In this document: positions 51,290 through 61,602 of the stretch, piece after piece
Layout of the letters: each line of letters opens with the position of its first letter
How positions within the stretch are numbered: position 1 is the stretch's first letter
IMG/VR virus record: IMGVR_UViG_3300041402_000314
Span: 62,001 to 126,000 of that record
Direction: 5' to 3' (one strand)
Length of the DNA: 64,000 bases
Translations under genes and position numbers: made by a program
Notes under the pieces: generated by a model
The model's database searches: none
What the model was told of the DNA's origin: nothing
The model's input: only the letters and a program-made list of their open reading frames with translations

Positions 51290-52636
51290 ATTGTCTTTTT
51301 TCCTTGACATACTAATATGGTTATGATAAAGTATAGTCATAATCAATTAAAGGAGATTTATCATGGAACATCAAATTACGGTTGAGGATTTGAAAGGAAC
51401 TGTAGAACACCTTTTAGCAAGTTCTTATGGAGGAGGTTCTGGGAAAAAACTGGTTCTTACTTTTGAAATCGGAACAGGTAAAACAGAATATACGGTAAAG
51501 GGGAAAGATGAAACAAGAAATTTTGCCTTTATCGAACATGCTGTAGAATTTTATAATACTTTGGCCTAAATAGTTCTTGACTTATATATCCTACTATGAT
51601 ACGATGTATCTGTAAGTGGGAGTTAACCTGTAGAGGAGATTGGAATCATGAAGAAAAAGTGATTATATATTACTGGCATATGACACCATTAAAAGGTCTC
51701 GAATATAAACACAATGAAGAGATTCTGGATGCCGACCCTTTTGAGATTGCTAAAGGAATCTTCGAAGCAGGTTATCAAACAATGATAATACCTAATAAAG
51801 AAGACGAAAGTATGGTTACTATAGGTATTGATGATAAATTCTTCAGGCAAAGATAAGGTCTTACTCTATTCGATCTACAATAAATTTGCCGTCAGTTTGG
51901 CCTATCCTGTAAATGAATATAAGCTAGGTTGGTAAAGGGTTTAAGGATTTCTATAAACCTATTTTGGCCGATCATTTGGCCGATCTGAAATAAATGAATT
52001 TTTTCTTGACTTATTAGAACGATCTTGATATAGTATATCTGTAAGTGAGTGATACCCCTAATAAAGGAGAGACTAAAATGATTGGAATTGGATGTGAGTC
52101 GTTTAACCCGTATATGCTCGGACAAAACAAGCAGGTGAAAAATATCATTTTCTATTACGATGGTGAAATCAAACTCACTATCAATAGTGGATGGCTTATC
52201 GATAAAAATGGATATGGTAGGGATATTAAATATCTCGATACTGATGAGCCTAGAAGGGCTAACAAGGTCATCCTCACTAAGAATGATAATTTCTACATTA
52301 AGAGTGAAGATCAGAGTTATAGCTTCGAGAGTACATATTACGATCTTTACATCTATGCGGATGTCGAATTCATTGAAGAGTATGTTAATCATACTTCAGA
52401 CAATAAAAGTAGGTTCCATTATTATAAGAAATTTATGGTTCCTGTTGTTAGCATCATGCGTAATGGTGAAAGGCTTGAGACTACCACAGTTGAAATCTTC
52501 TCTAGGATAGAAGAGCATGAAGACCTCAGAATCAAGAATATTCAATCTGAGATTCTTAAAAAATCAGGAGCTAATATCAGTATCAAGAGTCTGGCAATGC
52601 TTCTGGAAGTATATAAGTTAGAGGAGAAAAGGTAAG

Positions 52637-52807
52637 ATGGAACGTAAAGAAAGAAAATCCAAAAAGACTGGCGCGAGGAAGGTAAGAAATATGGTAGCTG
52701 TTGATGCTCATTTCAGAAGTGGTGCTGGTGCTATGGGTGGCGGTAAGAAGACCAATAATAAGAAAGACCGTAAGCAGTCTAAACAGAATCTTAAAGAGGA
52801 ATATTGA
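52637..52807 (+). CDS. Small basic protein (56 aa, absent from the ORF track)
   Basis: MERKERKSKKTGARKVRNMVAVDAHFRSGAGAMGGGKK...; fills the gap between neighbouring genes. Confidence 0.65.
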   Translation: MERKERKSKKTGARKVRNMVAVDAHFRSGAGAMGGGKKTNNKKDRKQSKQNLKEEY

Positions 52808-52808
52808 G

Positions 52809-53117
52809 ATGGATAAGGCTAAGAGAAAGAAAATGAAGCTTGACATTATACCCACTCTTATGTTAGACTTTACAGGAGTATCTTTAGGTGAGGGTAAAAT
52901 TCGTGATGATGGTATAGTCAGTGACTTCCTCGAATTTTGTACAGATAATGATATCAATTGTTTGCGTGGAGGTATGGTAGGTGGCGGTTGTTGTGTTCGC
53001 TATCACCGTCCAGATGATTTGGATAAGATAGTTAAATGGTTTGAAGAGCAAGGCATTACGCCTAATGTACATGACCAAAATTGGGATTGGGATGAAGGAG
53101 AAGATGATGAAAAATAG
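52809..53117 (+). CDS. Possible YggL (DUF469)-like ribosome-associated protein
   Basis: KRKKMKLD...DFLEFC..N.I...GG...DDLDKIVKWFEEQ. Confidence 0.4.
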   Translation: MDKAKRKKMKLDIIPTLMLDFTGVSLGEGKIRDDGIVSDFLEFCTDNDINCLRGGMVGGGCCVRYHRPDDLDKIVKWFEEQGITPNVHDQNWDWDEGEDDEK

Positions 53118-53518
53118 CGATACCCATATTTATTTGTATGCAAAAGGCCATTATATTGAAACGGATACTCTCGAAGACATGAAGAAAATTGTAGCAGAAC
53201 GATGTGGTTTTAATGCTGAAGATGTTAGGGTTAAAGACATACAATCAATATTGACAAGTATAGCATTTAAGATTATAATCAACTCAGGCAACCCAGAACA
53301 TTTTTTTGATGATTTTATTGAAGGTATTTCTCCTGATAATATGTGGAGAATTATGACAAAACAAAAGATGGAAGATTATGATTTCAATTTAGCAGTTATC
53401 GAGAAGTGTTTGAGCGTAATAAGATTTGTTAGTGTGAAAGACGATGATGGTAATCGTATTCTGGAACTTGATGAGCCTAATGGAAATATATTACCACTTA
53501 AAATGGATTGGGATAAAA

Positions 53519-54283
53519 ATGAAACTAAGATTTGTATCTGATTTACACCTAGAATTTAATTATGAGCCAGAAGTTGTAGATTCATTTATCCCTCATATGG
53601 ATACGGATAGTGAAACTATATTAGCTTTACTTGGTGATATTCATGTAGGTAAAGAAGTAGTTCCTTATCTCGATGAAATGTCTAAGAGGTTTAAGTATGT
53701 AATTTATATACTAGGTAATCATGAATTCTACAATAATAAATTTTATGACTTAAAGAATCAACTACTCGATAAGACTTTTCATATACCCAACCTACATATT
53801 ATAGAGGACGGAACGGTGATTCTCGATGGGCAGAAATTTGTAGGCTGTACTCTATGGTCTGATATGGAAGGCGGTAGAGAAGGGAGTATATTAAACGTAG
53901 GTAAAGGTTTGAATGATTATTTCCGTATAATGGGTACTGATGGTAGAAGGTTAACGACTAAGGAAACCATTAATGCCCATGAATATTCTATAGAGTATTT
54001 AAAGAAGTATGTGGATGAAGATACGGTAGTTTTAACGCACCATGCGCCTAGTATTGGTTTAAGTGACCCTCAGTTTAAGAATTCTCCTATTAAAGGTGGG
54101 TTTGAATCTGATTTGATGGATTTAATATTAGAAACCCGACCTAAGTATTGGTTATATGGTCATACACACTTTAATAAAGGCGAATCTATCATAGAAAATA
54201 CTACACTATTATCTAATCAATTAGGTTATATTGATATGGGCGAGAAGCTTAATTATAATCCTAAACTGATTTTAGATATTTAA
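53519..54283 (+). CDS. Calcineurin-like metallophosphoesterase
   Basis: SDLHLEF, GDI, GNHEFY, THHAP, WLYGHTH, NQLGY. Confidence 0.92.
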   Translation: MKLRFVSDLHLEFNYEPEVVDSFIPHMDTDSETILALLGDIHVGKEVVPYLDEMSKRFKYVIYILGNHEFYNNKFYDLKNQLLDKTFHIPNLHIIEDGTVILDGQKFVGCTLWSDMEGGREGSILNVGKGLNDYFRIMGTDGRRLTTKETINAHEYSIEYLKKYVDEDTVVLTHHAPSIGLSDPQFKNSPIKGGFESDLMDLILETRPKYWLYGHTHFNKGESIIENTTLLSNQLGYIDMGEKLNYNPKLILDI

Positions 54284-54293
54284 TTAATTTCTC

Positions 54294-54354
54294 TTGACAT
54301 TCCAACTCCGACATGTTATAGTATATTTGTAAGTGACCGAAACGTTCTTTAACA
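54294..54354 (+). promoter_or_regulatory. Sigma70 promoter followed by a boxA-like antitermination element
   Basis: TTGACA 54294, N17, TATAGT 54317; CGTTCTTTAACA 54343-54354 resembles rrn boxA TGCTCTTTAACA. Confidence 0.7.
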
Positions 54355-54363
54355 ATTGAATAG

Positions 54364-54691
54364 TTAAGATTTTAGGTAGAGGGTTAGGACAGAAAAATTG
54401 ATGAATCGATGACAGGAAAAGAGGACGCACACCCTAGCGATTGAACGAGTAGCGAGTAATTCGGGAATTGAGTACCGATGGTAGTGGGGAAACTCCGTAA
54501 ATCCAGTAGCAAAAGGGATATGGGATTAGGCTCTGTGAGAATTGGGATACCGAAGCGAGGCAAGTGGCACTATCACCTGAAAAGGTAACGGACTCTCATA
54601 TCTGATAGTGAATCGTATGTTACCAGTGACCGAACCTGAAACAAGTCATATGACTGAGACACTGTGATTAACCTTCTTTCTAAAAACTTAA
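54364..54691 (+). ncRNA. Large structured ncRNA of unknown class (~330 nt)
   Basis: No ORF of 60 aa or more; GC-richer; long closing stem TTTTAGGTAGAGGGTTA/TAACCTTCTTTCTAAAA; GAAA tetraloop hairpins; internal helices. Confidence 0.7.
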
Positions 54692-54889
54692 TTGGAGATA
54701 AAGAAGATGTTTAGATACATATTACTTATTATATGGTGGGTGATAGTTGATTTGATGGTCGATAATGTATTATTATGGGTTTTAGCTCTATTAATAGGTA
54801 ACATGACAATATTGATCTATATCGGCTCGTTACCATATAAGAAGGTTAAAATTTTTAATATAAGAATGAAACTTTAAGGAGAATATAAA

Positions 54890-55243
54890 ATGGATGTAAC
54901 GATTTCAGTTAAAATAGCGGAAGAAATTGTTGGCTTAATACCCAATATTACACTACTCAACGATAATGAAAGAAAGGTGTATTTTAAATTTTGTTCTGCT
55001 ATAAATAGAGTTCTATCGATACCTGAATTCAGGCCGATAGACGAGGAGTATAATACGAGAAAAATTCAGTGTATCAGAGCTTGGAGAGAGGCTTTTAGAA
55101 CTGAAGAGGGTGAATGCCCAACACTCCGAGATTCTAAAGACGCTATAGATAGCAGACGATGGATTGAGATAACGGATGAAGAAGCATATCATAAAGCTAG
55201 GAATGCGTTCATCGAATTGGATATTACGCTCGAATATAGATAA
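54890..55243 (+). CDS. Protein with a ribosomal L7/L12 C-terminal-like motif
   Basis: RKIQCIRAWRE...TLRDSKDAID. Confidence 0.55.
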   Translation: MDVTISVKIAEEIVGLIPNITLLNDNERKVYFKFCSAINRVLSIPEFRPIDEEYNTRKIQCIRAWREAFRTEEGECPTLRDSKDAIDSRRWIEITDEEAYHKARNAFIELDITLEYR

Positions 55244-55619
55244 ACTATAAAGTAGGTCATATAACCTATAAAAGAGGTGTAGAAAATGTCAACCAAAAAT
55301 TTATCTGAAGCTAAGAAAATTACAGGGGTGATGGTTATTATTGCAACTATCCTAAGTTTATATGTTTATTTCATATCGCCTTACGTTAATGACTACGTTA
55401 ATGACTACGTACAAACTAAATTCTCCACAAATACTGAGACGATAAAATATAAAGATATTTCGAAAGATGTGCAATATGTAGGGTTTCAACTTTATGAGGC
55501 AGGAGTCCAAAGAGGTGTATATGAATCACTCAACGAACTCATTAAATATGGTGCTGAAGATTTTAATACTAAACGTGTGATAGATCGAGCAATGAAATCA
55601 TTAATAAAGGAGACTGAAA

Positions 55620-55949
55620 ATGACTAAATATTCGGAGCAGTATAACAAATACTTGAAGCTTATTGAAGTGTGTAAAGTAAAGGACACCCTTATAAAGTGT
55701 GTCGGGGAGGAAGTTCAACTCGAAGCTTTATTGGGAGCAGAGAAGACAGAAAAGATTATTAACATCATTCTTGATACAGCCGTTCAAATTTATATGAAAT
55801 ATATAGAACCTAAAGAGGTGGAGGCCATTCTATCTTTCTATGAAAGCACGACAGGACAAAAATTAATTAATATACAAGCTGATATGATCATTGATATGAG
55901 AGATCAGTTACAGCCAAAATTAGAATCTTTAATCGAAGAATCAATTTAA
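55620..55949 (+). CDS. DUF2059-like protein
   Basis: Y.KY....EVEAILSFYESTTGQKL. Confidence 0.6.
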   Translation: MTKYSEQYNKYLKLIEVCKVKDTLIKCVGEEVQLEALLGAEKTEKIINIILDTAVQIYMKYIEPKEVEAILSFYESTTGQKLINIQADMIIDMRDQLQPKLESLIEESI

Positions 55950-57750
55950 AGGAGACTGAAAAATGAATGGCGAACATGATTACTATGGAGATGAAAAGGC
56001 GTTTGAGAGTCTATTCGACAGTTACGATGCAGGAGAGAAGAAAATGGTTGTAAATGAAAATTGCATCCTTTGTGGTAGAGACCTACTTCAAGAAGAGGAA
56101 GAGGTTTGTGTTGTCTGTCAAGAATCAGGCGAAGACTTTGGTGATTAAAGGAGATTGGAAATGAAAATAAAAATTGATATAGAAGGTTGTTCAGGAGAAG
56201 GTAAAAGTACCATTGCCCAATTGATTAAGCTTACTTTAGAAACATATGGATTAGAATGTTCATATGAGGATATTGATGGTATAGAATTAAGTCCTATTGG
56301 GATAGAAAGAAATTTGATGGAAATGAGTAAGCGTCCTGAAAAATATCAAGTTCATGTTGAAATTGAAACTATTCAAGAGCTTAGATCATCATAAATGCCG
56401 TTTTAAGTGGTGTTAATCGTATATCCATACCAACCAATAGACATAGTGGTTTAAGTCTCTTAAAACGGCTTGTAGGGACTGGTGTTAACAATTTAACTGA
56501 GGAGATGGAATGAAATTTTTGAAAACCTTGTTAAATGGTAGTATTATAACTGGTATGTTGTATGCTGGTCTTATTATGAAACTCGAATGGGCTACAAATC
56601 TAAGTTTATTTATGGTTTGGTTGTTGGTATGTCTTGGAGGACTCATAATTGTAATGTTTCTCGCTTTTCTTATTGTCGATGATTCTGTCTTTAATAAAAA
56701 CGGAAATGCTGAGACATATATCGACTCCAGAGGTTTCTTTGCTAAATTTGTAGGTAGATCGCTCGTAGTCTGTAATATTATAATGTTAGTAACTAATGGC
56801 TACTTCGTAGTTGGAGCATTTTATACCTTCAACTTCATTACGACCATGATTCTATATTCATGTTTGGAAACGAAAGCTAAAAGAATCCTCGGTGTTTCCG
56901 ATGCTGCAAAAGCTTGATTCTACATTATTCGATTGGTTGTCATGGAGAGCATCTTCTTTTATGGAGCTACAAGTATATTGTCGGTACGCTGATATTACTT
57001 CTCCACGAGGAAAGATGTTACTTAGAAAATACGCTATTGGGTGGTGTAGAGGAGAGAATCTTTTATGTAGACCAAAGGTAAATCATGTGGCTTTAATGTG
57101 TTTTAAGAATGGAAATCAATTTTGGTTTCATCTAAGAAATAAAGAATTTAGGGAGGTATTTGGGATATGAAAATAGATTGTTATCGTGATGGTGGAACTG
57201 TTGTTATAGAGGATAGAGGCGTTACCCTATATATTGATCATGGAATAGGTTCTAAGACAAAGGGTGTGGTGTATTATGACTATCCTAAAGATGAAAACGC
57301 AAGAAAACTTTCAAATCTAAGAAATCTTATGGAAGCGAAAGAAATTTTAGAACAGGCATACGAACAATCTGAATATTATTTACCTACAATTGCAAAAGGT
57401 ATATTGTGGGTTGAAAATAAGATTAGTGATGAATTATGCCCACCTGAAGATTTTCCTTGTCATTAAGATATCGAAGACGGAGATAAAGAAATGAGTGAGA
57501 GAACCGATCATATTTTCAAAGCTACTCTAATGGCAGTAGAGGAAGCTAAGAAGAAAGATGAACATAGAATTGAAAAGGTTCTTATATGGGTTACTCAGTA
57601 CGGTAAACGTAATAAAGTAACCAAGGATGAAGCCCTGATAGCTTTATCTTCTAACCTAAAGGATTATCTATATTCAGACTTGACAAAATAGTTATGTTCT
57701 GATACACTACAAACATAAGTAGAAACAAACTTAAATAATGGAGGAGAAAG

Positions 57751-58146
57751 ATGAGTAGACTAGAACTAAGTGATACAGGAATGGATGTAATAGTAAAAAT
57801 GGCAGATGGGAATCCGGGTGCTATTACGGCTATGATGGATATCTTGGAAAAACATGATGAGATTGACCCTCAAGCTATTCTGGGTGGAATGGGTGCTATC
57901 ATGATACTCGATACATGGGAAATTTATGGTACTGATATCTATGTATTATGGAGTGATAAATGTAACCGAGATGTCCGCCAAATGTTGATGTTGATGAGGG
58001 CTACACAACTCGGTATATTCTCTCATATTAATCTGAAAGAGATGGCTGCTGATCAGATGCGTCAGGTAAATCTAAGCGATGAAGAAATGGCGGGTCTCGA
58101 TGAAAAGGTTTGTGAACAATTAAAGGATTTCGCTAGACCAAAATAA
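57751..58146 (+). CDS. Conserved phage hypothetical protein
   Basis: MADGNPGA...LD...IYG..IY.LW.D.C.RD; own promoter and GGAGGAG RBS. Confidence 0.7.
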   Translation: MSRLELSDTGMDVIVKMADGNPGAITAMMDILEKHDEIDPQAILGGMGAIMILDTWEIYGTDIYVLWSDKCNRDVRQMLMLMRATQLGIFSHINLKEMAADQMRQVNLSDEEMAGLDEKVCEQLKDFARPK

Positions 58147-58168
58147 ATATATTTAATATAGTCTCCTT

Positions 58169-58230
58169 AAAGCTCCTTATAATATTACAAAGTATAAATA
58201 ATTAAAACTATGTAATGTGTAAGGAGCTTT
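58169..58230 (+). promoter_or_regulatory. Late promoter in the loop of a long hairpin at the early/late boundary
   Basis: AAAGCTCCTTAT-AATATTACA / TGTAATGT-GTAAGGAGCTTT followed by a T run; TATAAATA 58193-58200. Confidence 0.75.
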
Positions 58231-58284
58231 TTTTATGTCAAGTTTCGATACTAAAAAATTAAATAAGGTAGGATAAGGAGAAAG

Positions 58285-58548
58285 ATGAATTTTAAAGAAT
58301 ATTTGGATGAAGCTAAAGAAGTTGGGTTAAAAACATTATATGCTAAAGCAGTCCCTACTAAGGATGATGTTATTCTGAAATTAGACCCTGTTGCTGCTAA
58401 GAAGAAAAGAGATATCGAAATATATTCAGACCCCGAAGGTAAAGAATTAAAAGCAACCTTTAGATGGGATAAATCTAATAAACCAAGGAAGAATACGAAG
58501 GTAATTACTCTCAATAGCTGGAAATGGAAATTAGAGTGGATTAAATAA
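58285..58548 (+). CDS. Putative internal head protein
   Basis: Leader MNFKEYLDE resembles the T4 capsid targeting sequence. Confidence 0.6.
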   Translation: MNFKEYLDEAKEVGLKTLYAKAVPTKDDVILKLDPVAAKKKRDIEIYSDPEGKELKATFRWDKSNKPRKNTKVITLNSWKWKLEWIK

Positions 58549-58563
58549 TTAAGGAATTAAACT

Positions 58564-59304
58564 ATGTCAATAAATGTAATAGACAGCAAGGCAGAGCTGA
58601 AGGATTGGATTAAACGTAAGCTAGGTTGGCCTACTATTAACCTAGAATTCCACGATGCCCAGCTAGAAGATAATATAGATGACGCTATAAAGGAATATAC
58701 TGAACATTCTGGTGATGCTACCTATAGATCAGCACTCCTTTTATGTATGTCTGCGGGTGTAACTGAATATCCATTGGATGATACCGTAGAGTCTGTATTA
58801 GGATTAGAAACGCAATCCGCTATTGGTGGTGGTATCAATACTCTATTCACTATCGAGAACCAATTATACCAAGCTGGTTATATCGACATATTTAGTGGTT
58901 CTATGAATCTAACAAGCTATCAGATAGCTATGGAATATCTCGATATGACTAACAGTATGTTAGCAGCTCAGTATTTCACCGAATTCAATAAATATACAAA
59001 TACTCTCACGATAACACCAACACCCGATGATGATTATACGGCTGTTTTGGAGATATATAGTAAGAGAGATTTCACTGGAGCCACTTCTACTGTCTATGAT
59101 GTCAAATGGGTTAAAGACTACTCTCTTGCTCTTTCTATGATTGTATTAGGGCGTATATGGGGTAAGTATGATGGTATGCCATTACCCGGTGGTGGTACTC
59201 TGAATGCTTCTGATATGAAAGCAGATGGCAGAGAAGATAAATTAGCTCTCGAAGAAAAACTTCAGGCAGATCACGGTGAACCATTAGAGCCATCATTCGG
59301 TTAA
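58564..59304 (+). CDS. gp13-like neck protein
   Basis: LKDWIKRKLGWPTINLE...QLEDNIDDA, WVKDY.LAL, G..WGKYDG..LPGG.TLN. Confidence 0.92.
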   Translation: MSINVIDSKAELKDWIKRKLGWPTINLEFHDAQLEDNIDDAIKEYTEHSGDATYRSALLLCMSAGVTEYPLDDTVESVLGLETQSAIGGGINTLFTIENQLYQAGYIDIFSGSMNLTSYQIAMEYLDMTNSMLAAQYFTEFNKYTNTLTITPTPDDDYTAVLEIYSKRDFTGATSTVYDVKWVKDYSLALSMIVLGRIWGKYDGMPLPGGGTLNASDMKADGREDKLALEEKLQADHGEPLEPSFG

Positions 59305-59363
59305 AGCTTGACAATAATATAAATATTTGATATGGTATTACCATAACTTAAAGGAGCATATAA

Positions 59364-59663
59364 ATGAAAGATTTACTAACGCAAGGAAATGACGTAGCTG
59401 ATTTCCTAATGAATCAGATCGATGAGGCCAGAGACGGTGTTACCTCTTCTCAAGCCAAAAGATTGAAAAGCGATTGGGAAAAAATAGCAAAAGAGGGTAT
59501 TGAAGTCGAAGAAATTAAAGGTACATTTTATGGATTCGGCTCTGAATTAGCTACTTTACGCCTATTAAAAAAATATACTGCTAACGGTCAAACTGCTAAT
59601 AAGAAAATCAAGGCAGATTATAGTAATGGAAGAAATTCACACTTCTTCAGATTAGAAACATAA
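59364..59663 (+). CDS. Putative internal head protein
   Basis: Leader MKDLLTQGNDVADFLMNQIDE. Confidence 0.55.
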   Translation: MKDLLTQGNDVADFLMNQIDEARDGVTSSQAKRLKSDWEKIAKEGIEVEEIKGTFYGFGSELATLRLLKKYTANGQTANKKIKADYSNGRNSHFFRLET

Positions 59664-59687
59664 TAAGAAAATTTAAGGAGAAACAAG

Positions 59688-59993
59688 ATGACAAAAAATG
59701 TATTAACACAAGGAAATGATGTAGAAAGGGAACTGATGAGTCAGATCAATGAAGAGGCAAACGGTCTGAGTTCAAAAGAGAAGAAAGAGATAATGGATAA
59801 TATCAGGAAAAATATGAATTTCTATCTTCAGAAACTCGAAAACAATTTAGATAAGTTCCCTACTAGTTGGGGCGAGAATGAAGCATATGCTCTTTTCGGC
59901 AATACGATAAGAAGTATTATGGAGACTGGTGTTCTTAAGAAAGCTTTAAAGGACATGAAGAAAAATAATAAATGGTATTCATTGAGCATATAA
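59688..59993 (+). CDS. Putative internal head protein
   Basis: Leader MTKNVLTQGNDVERELMSQINEE. Confidence 0.55.
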   Translation: MTKNVLTQGNDVERELMSQINEEANGLSSKEKKEIMDNIRKNMNFYLQKLENNLDKFPTSWGENEAYALFGNTIRSIMETGVLKKALKDMKKNNKWYSLSI

Positions 59994-60004
59994 GGGAGCA
60001 GAAA

Positions 60005-60409
60005 ATGAAAAAATTAATGGAACAACTAGACCTCGTATTAGAGGGTATATCCAAGAATGTTCTCAGACAATATCTAGCAACCGCTCTATGGTCTTCTAAT
60101 GATGATGAGGGCGACCCATTGGATAGTGAATATGATGTAAGAGATATAGCTAAGTCTTCTATCAATCAAGCTAAAAAGGATTTGGCTAAATTCTGGAAGC
60201 AAGCAGGTGATCTTCTGAAAGGCGAAGATGAGACTCAGGCAGCACATGATTTATGGTTGACTAGAAATCATCATGGAGCTGGTTTCTGGGATAGAAAATA
60301 TAATAATGACGAGGATGGTACTAAAGGCGATAAGCTAACTAAGATAGCAGAAAAATTTGGTGAAATAAATCCTGTTGTCGGTGATGACGGTAAAATATAT
60401 TTCGAATAA
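60005..60409 (+). CDS. Putative internal head protein (leader + conserved phage domain)
   Basis: Leader MKKLMEQLDLVLE; YLATALWSS...HDLWLTRNHHGAGFWDR. Confidence 0.6.
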   Translation: MKKLMEQLDLVLEGISKNVLRQYLATALWSSNDDEGDPLDSEYDVRDIAKSSINQAKKDLAKFWKQAGDLLKGEDETQAAHDLWLTRNHHGAGFWDRKYNNDEDGTKGDKLTKIAEKFGEINPVVGDDGKIYFE

Positions 60410-60418
60410 GGAGATAAG

Positions 60419-61003
60419 ATGTCCAAAAGATTATTAGAACAATTAGATAGCGTACTGATCACAGAAGATCAGATCGTAGAGAAGTTCGAGCTATCCAATG
60501 ACGCAATAGCACTTCTTGAAATAGCAACATTCATGGAGACCAAGACCTTAGATGAAGCTCTTAATTTCGGGAAGCTTTTAGGTAAGTTCGGATTGAAAGC
60601 CCATAAAGGAACTGGACTTCTGGATGTACTAAAGAAGGCAGGTAAGAACATCGCTAAAATGATGTGGCTTGCTTTCCAAGCTCAGAGAGGAGATGATTCT
60701 GCTAAACTGGAATTGAAAGACCTTCTTAATACTAAGATCAAGAAAGAAGAAGTTATTAACTTCCTTTATATGCTCGATCAGGCAACCCTACATCTAGTTA
60801 CTGGTCCTCTTCACACGATTGAAGCTCTAACTGGTTGGCATATAAGCGCAGACCTTCATAAAGCTACTTCAGCAACCCAAGCTATTAAGACTGCTATAAA
60901 GGAACTTGAGGATGCTGGTAAGAAATTGGTTGGTAGCGTTAAGACTAAAGTTCTTTCTTATGTCGGAAACATTAAATCTGTTATGGGTTTGGCTAACGGA
61001 TAA
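60419..61003 (+). CDS. Putative internal head protein
   Basis: Leader MSKRLLEQLDSVLITE; further L/IxE sites. Confidence 0.55.
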   Translation: MSKRLLEQLDSVLITEDQIVEKFELSNDAIALLEIATFMETKTLDEALNFGKLLGKFGLKAHKGTGLLDVLKKAGKNIAKMMWLAFQAQRGDDSAKLELKDLLNTKIKKEEVINFLYMLDQATLHLVTGPLHTIEALTGWHISADLHKATSATQAIKTAIKELEDAGKKLVGSVKTKVLSYVGNIKSVMGLANG

Positions 61004-61014
61004 AGGGTAATTAA

Positions 61015-61529
61015 ATGAGTAAGACATTTAGCGAGTATATCAAAGAAGGAAAGATTAGCGCATGGCAAAAACTTTATAGACAGGCCATAGTAGATTTTTT
61101 CTTTAGAAAATATGGGCTAAAGGCAACTATAAAATATAAGCCCATAAAAAGTAAAAAATTCTTTGGAGATGTTGTTTTGAATAACGATTCTCTCAAGAAA
61201 CATATTTTTACTCTTCGATATAATCCTGATTCTGGTTTCGAATATATGGCTTCGTCTATATTACATGAATTGACACATGTAAAACAAATCATTAAAAAAC
61301 ATCTTTCGGCAAATGATAAAGGAACTATAATTTTGTGGAAAGGAAAGAAACCATTCTAGTCAATGATTATAAAAATATAAAATATGATGCATACAAACAA
61401 TTACCTTGGGAAGTAGAAGCCATAAAGTTAAGTAAATCTTTACCCGAAGAATTCTATAAAAGTCCAGAATATTTAGCATTACAGGGAAAGGATAAATCAT
61501 TAGATTATATCATAGATTTATATAAATAA
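61015..61529 (+). pseudogene. HExxH metallopeptidase-like internal protein split by a -1 frameshift
   Basis: Leader MSKTFSEYIKE and LHELTHVKQ in the first frame; Y..LPWEVEA in the -1 frame; junction GGAAAGAAA at ~61345. Confidence 0.65.
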
Positions 61530-61602
61530 TTGAAAGATTAAGATTGACAACAAGAATTAGATATGATAAGCTATTATCATAATCTAAATAAGGGAGAGAA
61601 CG

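Noticed and set aside
52701-52808. N-terminal extension of ORF 52701 (likewise the track starts 20864, 50187, 53444 and 59972)
   Set aside because: Downstream ATGs have better RBSs or promoter spacing; the extensions overlap promoters, leaders or other genes.
54364-54691. RNase P RNA or a group I/II intron
   Set aside because: The RNase P P4 signatures (GAGGAAAGUCC and its 3' partner) are missing, there is no interrupted host gene, and I see no group II domain V; left unclassified.
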